A stretch of DNA of 64,000 bases from the human T2T-CHM13v2.0 reference genome, Homo sapiens. This document shows positions 1 through 17,222 of this stretch, one piece after another; the first letter of the stretch is position 1, and each line of letters begins with the position of its first letter. A program made the translations under genes and the position numbers. Under the pieces are notes generated by a model. That model had not been told where the DNA came from. It searched no databases and saw only the letters and a list, made by a program, of their open reading frames with translations. The stretch is from assembly GCF_009914755.1 (NCBI RefSeq), contig NC_060946.1. One strand, 5' to 3'.

Positions 1-349
1 TGGGGTAAAAGTCTCCCTGCTGGGATCAGGGACACTTGGCTGACATCTCCTTTTAGATAAAAACAGTAACAATGAAGCCTCAGTCAGGTCTCTAAAAGAT
101 CTGGTCCTTAAATTAAATGCTTTTCTTCTCTTCAAAATAGAAACCTCTTTTGCTTTCTGATTGCAGAGTAATGCATGCCTGGTATCAAAGATTCAGAATA
201 TACAGAGGAGTATCAAAAAGAAAATGGAAAAATTGCCTATAATTTCGCCTCTCAGTCCGAAACTGAGTGAAGATTGTGGATAAATAAACATTTTATTTGT
301 AAACAAAACGGGATCATACTGTCCATGCTGTTAAGTGCAACTTCCCATC

Positions 350-3565
<3,216 letters not shown>

Positions 3566-3617
3566 CCATCCCAGTAAATACAGATCTCAATCAAAATGGC
3601 TGCATGACAGTCTCCTA

Positions 3618-3941
<324 letters not shown>

Positions 3942-4411
3942 TCACAAATGAAGTTGACAGATTCAAGGACAGAGAAACAGACAAAAAGAAGAAAAGAACC
4001 TGACGACCACATGAGCTCTCAGGCCACAAAAGAGGTTCTGTGGGCACATGGTTCTGGTATTGTCTCAGCAGCACACCGAGGGATTCCTGAAGCTCCAGTG
4101 CCATGCTGCAGATGGACTACCTTCTTCTGACCATCAGGAAAACTGGAGACACATATCATACTGGAATACATTCTCTGGGTAGGTATAATCATGTCTAATA
4201 CAGGCTTGTTGGTTTTGGAGATGCTGCAGCTAAACCAGATGTGGACACTCAGCTTTAGTGAAGAAACAGGAATCCCAGTCACCTGGTCAAGTGGAAGCCA
4301 CCAAAAAGTTGTACCTGGTAGATGCGACCCCGAGCTGCTGCAAACACACAGCCAGGTGCTTGGCCATGAGATGTAATTTCTCAGCAGCATGGCAACCCTG
4401 ACTGATCTCAC

Positions 4412-4507
4412 CTGCTCGGTGTCAGATCGATTCCGCTTTCCTTCAGCTGGGGCTCCATCGCTTCGGATCACTTTGGGCTTCCGTTTTTTGCTCGATTCTG
4501 ATGACAT
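4412..4507 (-). CDS. THOC5: THO complex subunit 5, first coding exon (exon 4412-4518; [32 protein letters not shown], 32 codons); the gene continues beyond the left edge of the window
   Basis: Recognised THOC5/FMIP N-terminus with basic NLS-like KKRKPK. Acceptor TTTCTCCTCTTAACAG|G at 4519/4518, ACCATG context, donor CAG|GTGAGA at 4412/4411. Confidence 0.95.
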
Positions 4508-6087
4508 GGTTGTTCCTCCTGTTAAGAGGAGAAAGTTTTTGAGATTCTTCTGGAGTCATAACACTGAAGTCAAACTAGCAGTTCTGGCCACTTACAGACT
4601 TGGTAACTCAAGGAAAGTCATTTAACCCCTCAAAGCCTCAATTTAACCCTCTGTAATACAACAGGGAAGCATCTCTCAGCCTGTCCAAAACAAACTCCAC
4701 CTTCTCTTTTAAAAAGGCATCACCACCCACTCCCACTGACCTCGGAATCATCTACTTCAACCTCTCCCTGCCCTGCCTCCACCCACATCCTGCTCCACAC
4801 TCTCCATAGAGGAGACCTGCATTCAAGTGTTCACCCAGCTATCCAGGCACCATGTGTGTCTCCATCTCAACACCCTAGGCCAGGCCCTCCACATTCCTCT
4901 CCAGGACTACTCTAACAGTCTTGCCCAACAATACTGTCTAAATTCTCTTTCTTAAAAAAGACCGACCTAATTAATGCCTCTCCTGTTTCAAAACCTTTGC
5001 TGGCTCTTCATAATGCACTGAATATCCATATTCCCTGACTTGTCATAAAGACCCTTGATGGTTTGTCCCCAACCTACCTTCCCAACTTCATTTCTTGCAT
5101 TCCTATTCCTACCGACCTTCCCACTGTCCCCAACCTCTGCTCCTAGCTGCAACTGCACCCTGCAATCCCAGTTCCCCAAACACTCCATGTCTTTTCCCCT
5201 GCTTGCAAAGATCTTCCTTTTCCTCCCTATATCCTTCAAGACTAAGCAATGCTCATCTGCTCTAGGAAGCCTGTCAGGTCTCCCCAAAGCCCTCTTTTGG
5301 CTACTTTGGGTACACTATTAGGGAATTTATCTCTATGAATCATTTACCTGTCTTCCCACCTAGATTGTGAGCTCTACCCTCTTCCCCCTGAGCCTGGCAG
5401 AGTGCTCCATAAATTAGTATCCAAACTCCTCGGTCTGGCATTTAAAGACACTCCCAATACTACTGTGATCACTGTGTGCTGGGCCTTGATCTAACTACTT
5501 TATGGGTATGTTCTCATTTGCTCCTTATAACAAACTTTTCAGCTAAGAACTACCACCATTTCACAGATGACAAAACTGAGGCTCGCAAGGGGAATTACTT
5601 GCAAGTAATTGCGAGTCACATGACTAGTAGGCCAAAATCCGGATCTATCCAATCAATGCCATACTGGTGCTCTTAACTACACTTTTATGCCTCCTAGTCC
5701 TGCCAGCCTCTCATCTAGTGATGCCATTGACTCCCAGGTTGATCCTAGAATTTAAAGTATAGAACCTACATTTCATGGGGCTCTACAGTCACAAAGCATC
5801 CTCCCTTGTTGCCTCACCACAGCCTCCTGAGGTGGGCAGCACTGTCCCCTTTACCCTAATCCCTCTTGCTCTGTCACCCAAGCTGGAGTGCAGTGGCACA
5901 ATCATCACTCACTGAAGCTTCCACATCCCCGACTTGAGGGAGCCAATAGTTTGTCACGGTAAAAGTCAGAGAGCCCTGAACTGGAATCTCCATTCTACTC
6001 TTTCATGGCTATGAGTCCCCGGACGAGTCACTTCACTTTTCTCTGGGTCTGATTCCTCACAAATCAAATGAGAATAACAGTCCCTAC

Positions 6088-6203
6088 CACAGGGGTTGTT
6101 GTGGGCTTTAACACAGGAGGCATTCCACTGGGGAAGGTGATGAAGATGACCTGGGACTGTGGCTTCAGATGATGCATAGGTGATCTTAAATAATGCTGAA
6201 CAC
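6088..6203 (-). other. THOC5: Candidate alternative 5'UTR cassette exon of THOC5 (116 nt)
   Basis: Acceptor TTAACTTTCTCCTTAG|G at 6204/6203. Donor GTG|GTAGGG at 6088/6087 lies within a MIR-like remnant. Predicted from splice signals only. Confidence 0.5.
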
Positions 6204-6483
6204 CTAAGGAGAAAGTTAATCCCTTTTCAATTCTTATTTTGAAACTTCTGATTGCTTCAAGGAGAACATCTCAGTTCCCTAGTTTGTCTTTAACATCTAT
6301 GAATGCCAATGTTCCTTTGTAACAAAAGAACTCTATCCCACAGCCTTAAACAACAAAATCTAGCCAGAGTTTGTTAACAATGATCTAGTTGCATTATATT
6401 AACTATATTAATTTTTACCTTCTACATAAAACAAGTGAAAGCAGCTTTCCATTTCTGGTGGAGAGATTTCAAGTTTTCTCTCA

Positions 6484-6684
<201 letters not shown>

Positions 6685-7145
6685 TCAGGAGGCTGAGGTA
6701 GGAGAATCACTTGAACCCAGGGAGCAGAGGTTGCAATGAGCCGAGATCGCGGCCACTTCACTCCAGCCTGGGCAACAGAGCGAGATTCAGTCTCAACAAC
6801 AACAAAAAAAGTGACTGGGCCCAACACCATGGCTCACACCTGTAATCCCAACACTTTGGGAAACCAAGGCAAGCAGAGGTGAGAGAATCGCTTGAGCCCA
6901 GGCGTTCAAGACCAGAGTGGGCAACAGAGCGAGACCCCATCTTTAGAAAACATTTTAAAATTAGCCTAGTATGGCGGTGCACACCTGTGGTCCCAAGCTA
7001 CTCTGGAGGCTAGGGTGGGAGGATGGCTTGAGCCCAGAAGTTCCAGGCTGCAGTGAGCTATGATCGCGCCACTGCACTCAGTCTTGACAACAGAGATCCC
7101 GTTGCAAAAAAAAAATTTGGACTGGATTAAAAATTTTTAGTAAAC

Positions 7146-8618
7146 CCCTCCCCCTCCCCCCTCCCCCTCTCTCCACGGTCTCCCTCTGATGCCGAGCCGA
7201 AGCTGGACTGTACTGCGGCCATCTCGGCTCACTGGAACCTCTCTGCCTGATTCTCCTGCCTCAGCCTGCCGAGTGTCTGCGATTGCAGGCACGCGCCGCC
7301 ACGCCTGACTGGTTTTCGTATTTTTTGGTGGAGACGGGGTTTCGCTGTGTTGGCCAGGCTGGTCTCCAGCTCCTGACCGCGAGTGATCGGCCAGCCTCGG
7401 CCTCCCGAGGTGCCAGGATTGCAGACGGAGTCTCGTTCACTCAGTGCTCAATGGTGCCCAGGCTGGAGTGCAGTGGCGTGATCTCGGCTCGCTACAACCT
7501 CCACCTCCCAGCCGCCTGCCTTGGCCTCCCAAAGTGCCAAGATTGCAGCCTCTGCCCGGCCGCCACCCCGTCTGGGAAGTGAGGAGCGTCTCTGCCCGGC
7601 TGCCCATCATCTGGGATGTGAGGAGCCCCTCTGCCCGGCTGCCCAGTCTGGGAAGTGAGGAGCACCTCTTCCCGGACCCCATCCCGTCTAGGAAGTGAGG
7701 AGTGTCTCTGCCCGGCCGCCCATCATCTCAGATGTGGGGAGCACCTCTGCCCCGCCGCCCCATCTGGGATGTGAGGAGCACCTCTGCCCGGCTGCGACCC
7801 CGTCTGGGAGGTGAGGAGCGTCTCTGCCCGGCTGCCCCGTCTGAGAGGTGAGGAGCCCCTCCACCCAGCAGCCGCCCCGTCCGGGAGGTGGGGGGCAGCC
7901 CCCGCCCGGCCAGCCGCCCCGTCCGGGGGGGAGGTGGGGGCCAGCCCCAGCCCGGCCAGCCGCCCCGTCGGGTCGGGGGTAGGGGGGCGCCTCCGCCTGG
8001 CCGCCACCCCGTCCGGGAGGTGGGGGGCGCCTCTGCCCGGCCGCCCCTTCTGGGAGGTGAGGAGCCCCTCTGCCTGGCCGCCACCCCGTCTGGGAGGTGT
8101 ACCCAACAGCTCATTGAGAACGGGCCATGATGACGATGGCGGTTTTGTCTAGTAGAGAGGGGGGAAATGTGGGGAAAAGATAGAGAAATCGGATTGTTGC
8201 TGTGTCTGTGTGGAGAGAGGTGGACAAGGGAGACTCCATTTTGTTCTGTACTGAGAGAAATTCTTCTGCCTTGGGATGCTGTTGGTCTATAGCCTTACCC
8301 CCAACCCCGTGCTCTCTGAAACATGTGCTGTGTCCACTCAGGGTTAAATGGATTAAGGGCGGTGCAAGATGTGCTTTGTTAAACAGAAGCTTGAAGGCAG
8401 CATGCTCCTTAAGAGTCATCACCACTCCCTAATCTCAAGTACCCAGGGACACAAACACTGCGGAAGGCTGCAGGGTCCTCTGCCTAGGAAAACCAGAGAC
8501 CTTTGTTCACTTGTTTATCTGCTGACCTTCCCTCCACTATTGTCCTATGACCCTGCCAAATCCCCTCTGCGAGAAACACCCAAGAATTATCAATAAATAC
8601 TAAAACAAACAAACAAAC
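7146..8618 (+). mobile_element. SVA retrotransposon (short degenerate CCCCTC hexamer head, Alu-like region, GC-rich VNTR, SINE-R, AATAAA and A-rich tail); probably an older subfamily
   Basis: Canonical SVA domain order; VNTR units such as GTGAGGAGCGTCTCTGCCCGGCCGCC; SINE-R ~8100-8600; AATAAA at 8592. TSD AAATTTTTAGTAAAC (7131-7145) and AAATTTTTAATAAAC (8619-8633). Confidence 0.95.
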
Positions 8619-8839
8619 AAATTTTTAATAAACGGTAGTAGAGGTGGTAAGTTGATCTGGCAAAGCCTACAAAGACCGGACCTGAAAGGCTTAAGTGTGG
8701 GAAATCCTGACTTTGGCAACACAGTAGAGTGCCTGGCACACCGAAGAGCACGATATATGTGAGCTGTTACCATCACCACCACCCCCACCCCCATCAGGCT
8801 ACATTACCACAATCAAGAGGCTCCAACGTGAAGCCTGAG

Positions 8840-9370
8840 GATGCTGCAGCGAACACTTTTCGGATGAGGTAACAGCGCAGCGCCGAGAGGCCGGGGACCG
8901 CGGGTAGTGAGGGAGGAGAAGCCGGGTCAGACCCCAGCCCAGGGGCGCCCTTTGGGCGATCAGCACCTCAGTCCCGGAGCGCCCAGCCCCGCCCCATCTC
9001 CCAGCCCCACTGCCCTTGTCCCCTCCTCACCTCACAGCTCCAAGAACCTGGCACCGGGAGTAAGCCACTGCCGGAGGCGGAGCAAAGCTTGCCCGCGCAC
9101 CATAGAGAACCGGAAGTAAGGAAGGGGCGGCCGACCGGAAGCGAGGCGTAGAGGCCGGAAGCTCAGCGCGGAGGCCCCCGAGGGAGGTGGTGGCGTGGTG
9201 AGACTGTAAAAACAAAGACACATGCTTCTCGTTCACTGTGCCCAGGGCCTAAGAGAGTGTCCAGCAGCTAGTGGGCGCTCCACCGAGTAGTTGAATTAAT
9301 GTTGTGTTATGTCCAAGATAACACGAAAGAACCTGGTAGCGCGGCGGGGAAGATTTCGGCGCTAGAGGAT
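8840..9370 (-). promoter_or_regulatory. THOC5: THOC5 CpG-island, TATA-less promoter with three ETS/GABPA motifs
   Basis: CCGGAAGT at 9110, CCGGAAGC at 9135 and 9155, GGGGCGG GC box at ~9124, high CpG density. Confidence 0.8.
9031..9120 (-). other. THOC5: THOC5 non-coding exon 1 (5' boundary approximate)
   Basis: CpG-rich region. Donor GAG|GTGAGG at 9031/9030. Lies directly downstream of clustered ETS motifs and upstream of the first coding exon. Confidence 0.75.
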
Positions 9371-10159
9371 TTGCCTGCATAACCTTACTTCTTAATTATT
9401 ATTTTTACCATAATATGCCACGCCAGTGAAGGCAACAAGTCAGGGAGGGCATTAACCTCATTTTACACTTGGCTTTTTGAGGAGTGCATCACCAGTTTCT
9501 CCATTTTAGGCCTGACTTGCCCAGGACAGAGTCACAACTCTAACGCAGTATTTGAAAGCTTCAGGTATTTCCTACCCCTGGCATGAACTGTACAAACAAG
9601 GCCCAGGATTTTTTCGTGTAAATCCTCATCTGGAGCTAGTAACACGTGTCCTGAATCCCTGGTTGTACGGGGCCAGTTCCTTCTCCTTCCCAGGAGCAAG
9701 GAGGAAAATACTGGCTCTTTTTTATTTTTATTTTTATTTGAGACAGAGTTTTGCTCTCTCACCCAGGCTGAAGTGCAGTGGCGCAATCCCCGCTCACTGC
9801 AAACTCCGACTCCAGGGTTTAAAGGATTCTCCTGCCTCAGCCTCCTAAGTAGCTGGGATTACAGGCATGCACCACCATGCCCAGCTAATTTTTGTATTTT
9901 TAGTAGAGACAGGGTTTCACCATGTTGCCCAGGCTGGTCTTGAACTCCTGACCTCACTCAAGTGATCTGCCCACCTCGGACTTCCAAAATGCTGGGATTA
10001 CAGGCGTGAGCCACTGCACCCAACCAGTACTGACTGTTGAGAATAGCTCAAGAACACAGTACCCTCCAGGAGGGTAGATCTGCCATGTGGGACTAAGCCC
10101 ACCAGCTCTACTGTGCCCTGCCTCAGGCACCTGCTAAAGTTCCTTGCAGATGAAGAAAA

Positions 10160-11294
10160 GACACTGATTTATAGTAAATATTTAATTGTTTCCATCAGCA
10201 ATTCCAGCACAAGTTTTCCTGGATGGTAGGCAGAATCAAGCTACCCAAGGGTTCATGATGAGGTATGGGGGTCACTGAGGAGACCCCCAGAGTCACTGAC
10301 CCCTCCCGCCACCTCCACACACCAGGTGGCCCTGCAGAATGAGGGTTGGGCTGATAGAATGTCAATTAGGGGAGACAGGATACAGGGTGAGGGAACAGGG
10401 TCTAGCTTGTATATTTGCCTGCAGGAAGGAGGGAGGGCAGGAGAGACTCTGCATAGAAGGACTGGAACTACACATTTAAGTTTTCAACCCCAATATGCAG
10501 GGGGAAACAGCCAAGCCACTCTCCATCTGTCTAGTATTAGGAACCTCTCTTCAAGTGGTCTTTTGTCATCTCTGTTCTTCTTCCCAATTCTGTATTCCAG
10601 ATTCCAAATTCTACAATTGAAACCCAAGTTCTGAATTCTAAGTTCTACCTTCCGAGTTCCTGTTACGTGTCTGTCTCCTGCCCCTAAATCTTTCCTGGCT
10701 CCCATCCCTTTCCCCAGCCCCTCTGGGCAGAATGTCTGAACCTCCTCCTGACCGTGGTGACGAGGTTTGTTTGTATTTGTTTTTTTGTTTTGGCAGTTCC
10801 AGGCTTTTCTCCAGCAGGAGGGACTTGGCTCAGACTGTCCAGCAAGTGGGTGGCCCAGTGGAAACCAGGGAATTCCTGAGGGCCTGGCCTGGCCTCCTCT
10901 CTTCCCACCCCACCTCTAGCCACTGGACATACTACCTTTTGTGCAACTAAGCTAAACAGAGGATTTCCAAGGGTGATAACTGGGGACTGGTGGCCTTGAG
11001 ATGAGGAATTTTAGAAGATATATGAAGGCCTAAAAGATCACTATCTTTCATTCAGGGAAATCAGAAACTACTTCTAGCAGGGGGAGGGAGGCAGGCAGGG
11101 AAAGTAGAAAGGGCCTGGGCAGAGCTGTAATCCTCAGAACTTGTCAGCCTTCAGTTCCCCCTTGTCTGAACTGAGCACTGCCCCTCAGAGTCCTCCCAGA
11201 GCCAAGACAAAACCAAGACAGCAGGACCAGGAGTGCCACTGTCTGTCGGGGTTGCCTGAGGGAGAAGGGGAAGGAGGTGGAGGTGTAGGCAGCA
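10160..11294 (-). other. NIPSNAP1: NIPSNAP1 3'UTR (~1.1 kb; 3' end approximate)
   Basis: Repeat-free sequence running from the stop codon at 11295 down to a variant poly(A) signal. Confidence 0.7.
10181..10186 (-). terminator. NIPSNAP1: Probable NIPSNAP1 polyadenylation signal ATTAAA
   Basis: tttaat on + is ATTAAA on -, in an AT-rich context. It is followed on the - strand by TATAAA (10168-10173) and a GT/T-rich element (GTGTCTTTTCTT). Confidence 0.7.
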
Positions 11295-11359
11295 TCACTG
11301 CAGAGGCGAGATCTTCAAGGGGATCATGATCCTAGACTCCATGTGTCGCACCAGGGGGA
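11295..11359 (-). CDS. NIPSNAP1: NIPSNAP1 exon 10, coding part (VPLVRHMESRIMIPLKISPLQ*)
   Basis: Acceptor CTTCTCTCTCCGCAG at 11360, TGA at 11297-11295, typical NIPSNAP C-terminal SPLQ; phase fits exon 9. Confidence 0.95.
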
Positions 11360-11589
11360 CTGCGGAGAGAGAAGGCAGAGGTCACACAGGGGGCTCAAGC
11401 AAGCCAACAACCTCCCCTGGCCCCACCCACACATGCTGGCCTTTGAGTGGGCAGGAGGAGGCCCCAGATGCTGCGACAGGAATGTCCCATTGCCCTCGTG
11501 GAAGGGCCCATGAAGAGCACCAGATCCCTCAAATTATGGGATAAGACAGGAGTTTGGTGGTGATGAGAATAACATTTTCTTAAATTTTA

Positions 11590-11766
<177 letters not shown>

Positions 11767-12004
11767 CTAGCTACTCGGGAGGCTGAGGCAGGAGAATCGC
11801 TTGAACCTGGGAGTCAGAGGTTGCTGTGAGCCGAGATCAGGCCATTGCACTCCAGCCTGGGCAACAAGAGCAAAACTCCGTCTCAAAAAAAAAGAAAAGA
11901 AAAACACTGATTTAGACCAACTGCCTCGTTTTACAGATAGAGAGGGTGCAGCCTAGAGAAGGTCAGCTCCAGGTCATCCAGGAGGTTAGACTCTTTCCTC
12001 CAGC

Positions 12005-13112
<1,108 letters not shown>

Positions 13113-13668
13113 CTCCTGCTAACTCCTTCAGCAGACACATTCTCCCTCATACCACCTGGTAAGTGATCACTGTAAACTTCTCAATGGCAAGGACAGGCTC
13201 TTGTTCATTTATGTGCCCCTCAACCACCTACCTACCACAGTTCCCGGCACACAGTGAGGGCTTAATTAACACCCACTGACTCTAGGTGGTTTCAGGTTCC
13301 TAGCAAAGTGGCAAACACCTTGAGCAAAAAACTTGTTCAAGGCTGGGCACAGTAGCTCATGCCTATGATCCCAGCACTTTGGAAGGCTGAGGTGGGAGGA
13401 CTGCTTGAGCCCAGGAGTTTGAGACCTGCCTGGGTGACATAGTAAGACTGCATCTCTACAAAAACAAAAACCTTATTCAAAAACATTTCCTGCATGCTTC
13501 CTTTGTGACAGACACTGGAGAAAGCACTTTTCATAAATGAGTTTGTGGGCCAGATGTGGTGGCTCATGCCTGTAATCACAGCACTTTGGGAGGCCGAGGC
13601 AGGCGGATCACCTGAGGTCAGGAGTTCGAGACCAGCTTGGCCAACATGATAAAACCCCGTCTCTACTA

Positions 13669-13908
<240 letters not shown>

Positions 13909-14229
13909 CTATCACCATCACTATCTTACAGACGAGGGAACAGCCTCAGCGAGGTAAAGAACCATGCCCAAGGTCACAATGGGCGTTTGCTAATCCACAT
14001 CTCCTAGGCAGAGGCGTGGCCCTGGCTATGTTATCATCCCCTAGAGTACTCACCTAGGCCTGCTGGTATCCTATGGAGTGTGCCACTTGGATAGAAACCC
14101 ATTAACTCATTGTCTTAAAAGTGAGTTCCCCATCACTGGAGGTAATCAAGAAAGACTAGATCTCCTTGCAGAGAGGATTCCATCCTCAGACAGGGTTCTC
14201 AGCAGAAGACCTCCAAAGGCTTCACTCAC

Positions 14230-14313
14230 CTGTATAGTAGACATTTTCATCCCAGCCTCTCTTCCTCCAGGCAGCGTTTCGAGTCTCCTCCCGAGACTGC
14301 AGGTCTTTATAGG
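14230..14313 (-). CDS. NIPSNAP1: NIPSNAP1 exon 9 ([28 protein letters not shown]), 84 nt
   Basis: TTTCTCACAG acceptor, G|GTGAGT donor, in frame with its neighbours. Confidence 0.95.
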
Positions 14314-14604
14314 CTGTGAGAAAGGCACAGGCTCATTCCTCAGGCACAGAGGACTGGATCCCTTACCCAGCACAGGGCCCTCTTCCCACTGTCCCCTAAA
14401 CCCTGCACTGCTGTCTCCTCCTCCCTAGATGCCTCCCTCAGACTATTAGCAAACACTGTCTGCTTTAATCATCCATCCAATCAGTACATATGTTAATATT
14501 GCCTACATTTATATTTCTAGTCGCAAACACTCCCAAGGGCTCCAGACTCCTATATCCATCTACTGCCTACTTGACATCTCTACTTTGGTGTGTCAGCATT
14601 TTTA

Positions 14605-14808
<204 letters not shown>

Positions 14809-15473
14809 TCACTTGAACTCGGGAAGCGGAGGTTGCAGTGAGCTGAGATCACACTACTGCACTCCAGCCTAGGTGACAGAGCAAGACTGTGTCTCAAAGA
14901 AAAAAAAAAAAAGTAACAATTCCAAGGGCCAAAATTACGCTCCTGACCCCACTGACTTGCTCCTTCCCTAGACCTCCCAGACTCAGGAGATGACACACAG
15001 CAGCTCAAGCACGAGCCTGGGAGCTCTTCTGGAATGCCCTTCTCCTTCTCTTGCCCCACACAGACAATTCATCCACAAGTCCTGTTGGTTCCACCTCTAG
15101 ACTAACAAATCTTCTGTGGACTTCTCAGCATCCCACTGCCCCATCCCCTCCTGCCTGAACTAGAGTAATGGCTTCCTGAAGCCCTGCTTTCTCTCTTGCT
15201 CGCCTACCAAGCACTCTTAACAAAGCAGACAGCAGCCAGAGAAATCATACTAGAACAAAAATCAGGTCGTGTCACTGCTATTTGAAACAAATAGTCTCTC
15301 ATTGCATTTACAATAAATCCCAACTCATTCCCCCTCTCCTGTTCCATCTCCCCACATTCTTCCCTACTCACTCCACACTGGCCTCCTTGCCACACCTCAA
15401 AACCCCGAAGGCCTTTCCCCACCACAGGGCCTTTGCATGTGCTGCTCTGTCTACTTGGAATGCTTTTGCCTAG

Positions 15474-15842
<369 letters not shown>

Positions 15843-16093
15843 TGATTTGCCCACCTCGGCCTCCCAAAGTGTCGTGATTATACACTTGAGCCACCGCTCC
15901 CAGACTCCTTGCCTATTTTCTATAAATATTATTTGTAATCTGAAATTGATCTTTTTGTGACTTTACATCTAAGATAGTGTCTCCTGCTAGAACATTAAGT
16001 TCTATGAGGACACTAATACAACCCCATTGGCTACAGAGAGTGATGACAGAGAAAGAGAACTAACAAAAGGCTCCTGGAAGGTCCTCAACCTAC

Positions 16094-16188
16094 CCCAGAG
16101 ATGGTGCACCACGTAGAGCTCTCCTATCTGTGAGAAGAAGCCGCCCACTGCCTCCTGGTTCTCCTGCCGGTACTTGATGGCCCGAGCC
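16094..16188 (-). CDS. NIPSNAP1: NIPSNAP1 exon 8 ([31 protein letters not shown]), 95 nt
   Basis: CCTTCTCCAG acceptor, G|GTAGGT donor; peptide present in ORF 16002..16262. Confidence 0.95.
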
Positions 16189-16530
16189 CTGGAGAAGGCA
16201 CAATAATATGGGGCAGAAGCCAGGGCTGGTGCAGAGGGTACTGAGGCTGATTCCTTGGCCACACTTCACAGGAGGGGCCTAGGTGGAACCCACGGTCCTC
16301 CGGGATGCTGAGAGAAAGGACTGATGGCGGGGTGTTCTACCAACGGAGGGGTCACAACCTTCTAGGAGATCCTCACCTCCTGGTTGGATCCTTCTCCCAG
16401 ATCCATGAGGGGCAGAAGGTAAAGAGTTCCCTGTGATATGGCCCTGGAAAAGGTGGCCCACCAGGGGCCTTGGTGGGGCAGGTGAGCAGGGTACGCCTCC
16501 CCCAACCCCAGTCTTGGTGCTGCCACTTAC

Positions 16531-16562
16531 CAGTTGTTCCCCCACTCGATCATGGTTCCTGG
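16531..16562 (-). CDS. NIPSNAP1: NIPSNAP1 exon 7 (PGTMIEWGNNW), 32 nt
   Basis: TTCTCTTTCAG acceptor, TG|GTAAGT donor; conserved NIPSNAP KPGTMIEW motif. Confidence 0.95.
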
Positions 16563-16865
16563 CTGAAAGAGAACCAAAGGGATGATGGGAATGAGCCCCC
16601 ACCTCAGATTCATAGCATCACAGCTTGGCAAGGAAGGGAAACTGCCCTGTCTCCCCACCTCCCAAGCTGCAGCGGCCATTTGGCCTCATTCACAGGCCCT
16701 GACACACACCTGGTGTGCATGTTTGCACACATGTGTATACAACTCTGCTCTGAGCCCATAGGGAGGGAGAAGCCAGAAGCCCCAGTCTAGGTGTTGGGGC
16801 AGCTGCAAAGCAGCATTGCAGCAGGGAAATTGGGGGGCAGGAGGGGGTCTGTCGGAGGGAGGCAC

Positions 16866-17006
16866 CTTGAGCTTGTATGTCCTCAGCTCATAGATGTTGG
16901 GACCCATTCTGGGCTGTGGCTCATTCCAGAAGCTGAACTCGAGGAGCAGCTGGTTTCTCCTGGACAGCAGCATCTGGCTCCGCTCCCTTCGGAACTCCAG
17001 GTACTC
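16866..17006 (-). CDS. NIPSNAP1: NIPSNAP1 exon 6 ([47 protein letters not shown]), 141 nt
   Basis: CCCACAG acceptor, AAG|GTGCCT donor; IYELRTY NIPSNAP motif. Confidence 0.95.
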
Positions 17007-17151
17007 CTGTGGGCATGGTGGTAAAGGCATGGCTACCAGGAAGTGCGCTCCATCCTGACAGTGTGCCTCATGGGGTAGCAGAGTAGTCCCCAGAACAGGG
17101 CTGGGCTGCATCCCACATCCAGAGAGGTGTGCTGAGTGGACACTAACATAC

Positions 17152-17222
17152 CTTATTGTTTTTGAGCTTGTTCATGCAGTCCATGAGGGCTGGGTAGCCA
17201 CCTGAGAATCGCCACAGGTGCA
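17152..17222 (-). CDS. NIPSNAP1: NIPSNAP1 exon 5 ([24 protein letters not shown]), 71 nt
   Basis: CCCCCAACAG acceptor, AAG|GTATGT donor. Confidence 0.95.

Noticed and set aside
4019-4507. 162-aa ORF starting at the THOC5 ATG
   Set aside because: Only the first 32 codons are exon; a consensus donor follows at 4411. The rest is intron read-through and is kept only as part of the intronic-polyadenylation hypothesis.
7283-8596. Pro/Arg/Gly-rich overlapping ORFs
   Set aside because: SVA VNTR and SINE-R translations.
9260-9280. CTCF-like CAGCTAGTGGGCGC near the THOC5 promoter
   Set aside because: Three mismatches in the core; too weak to call.
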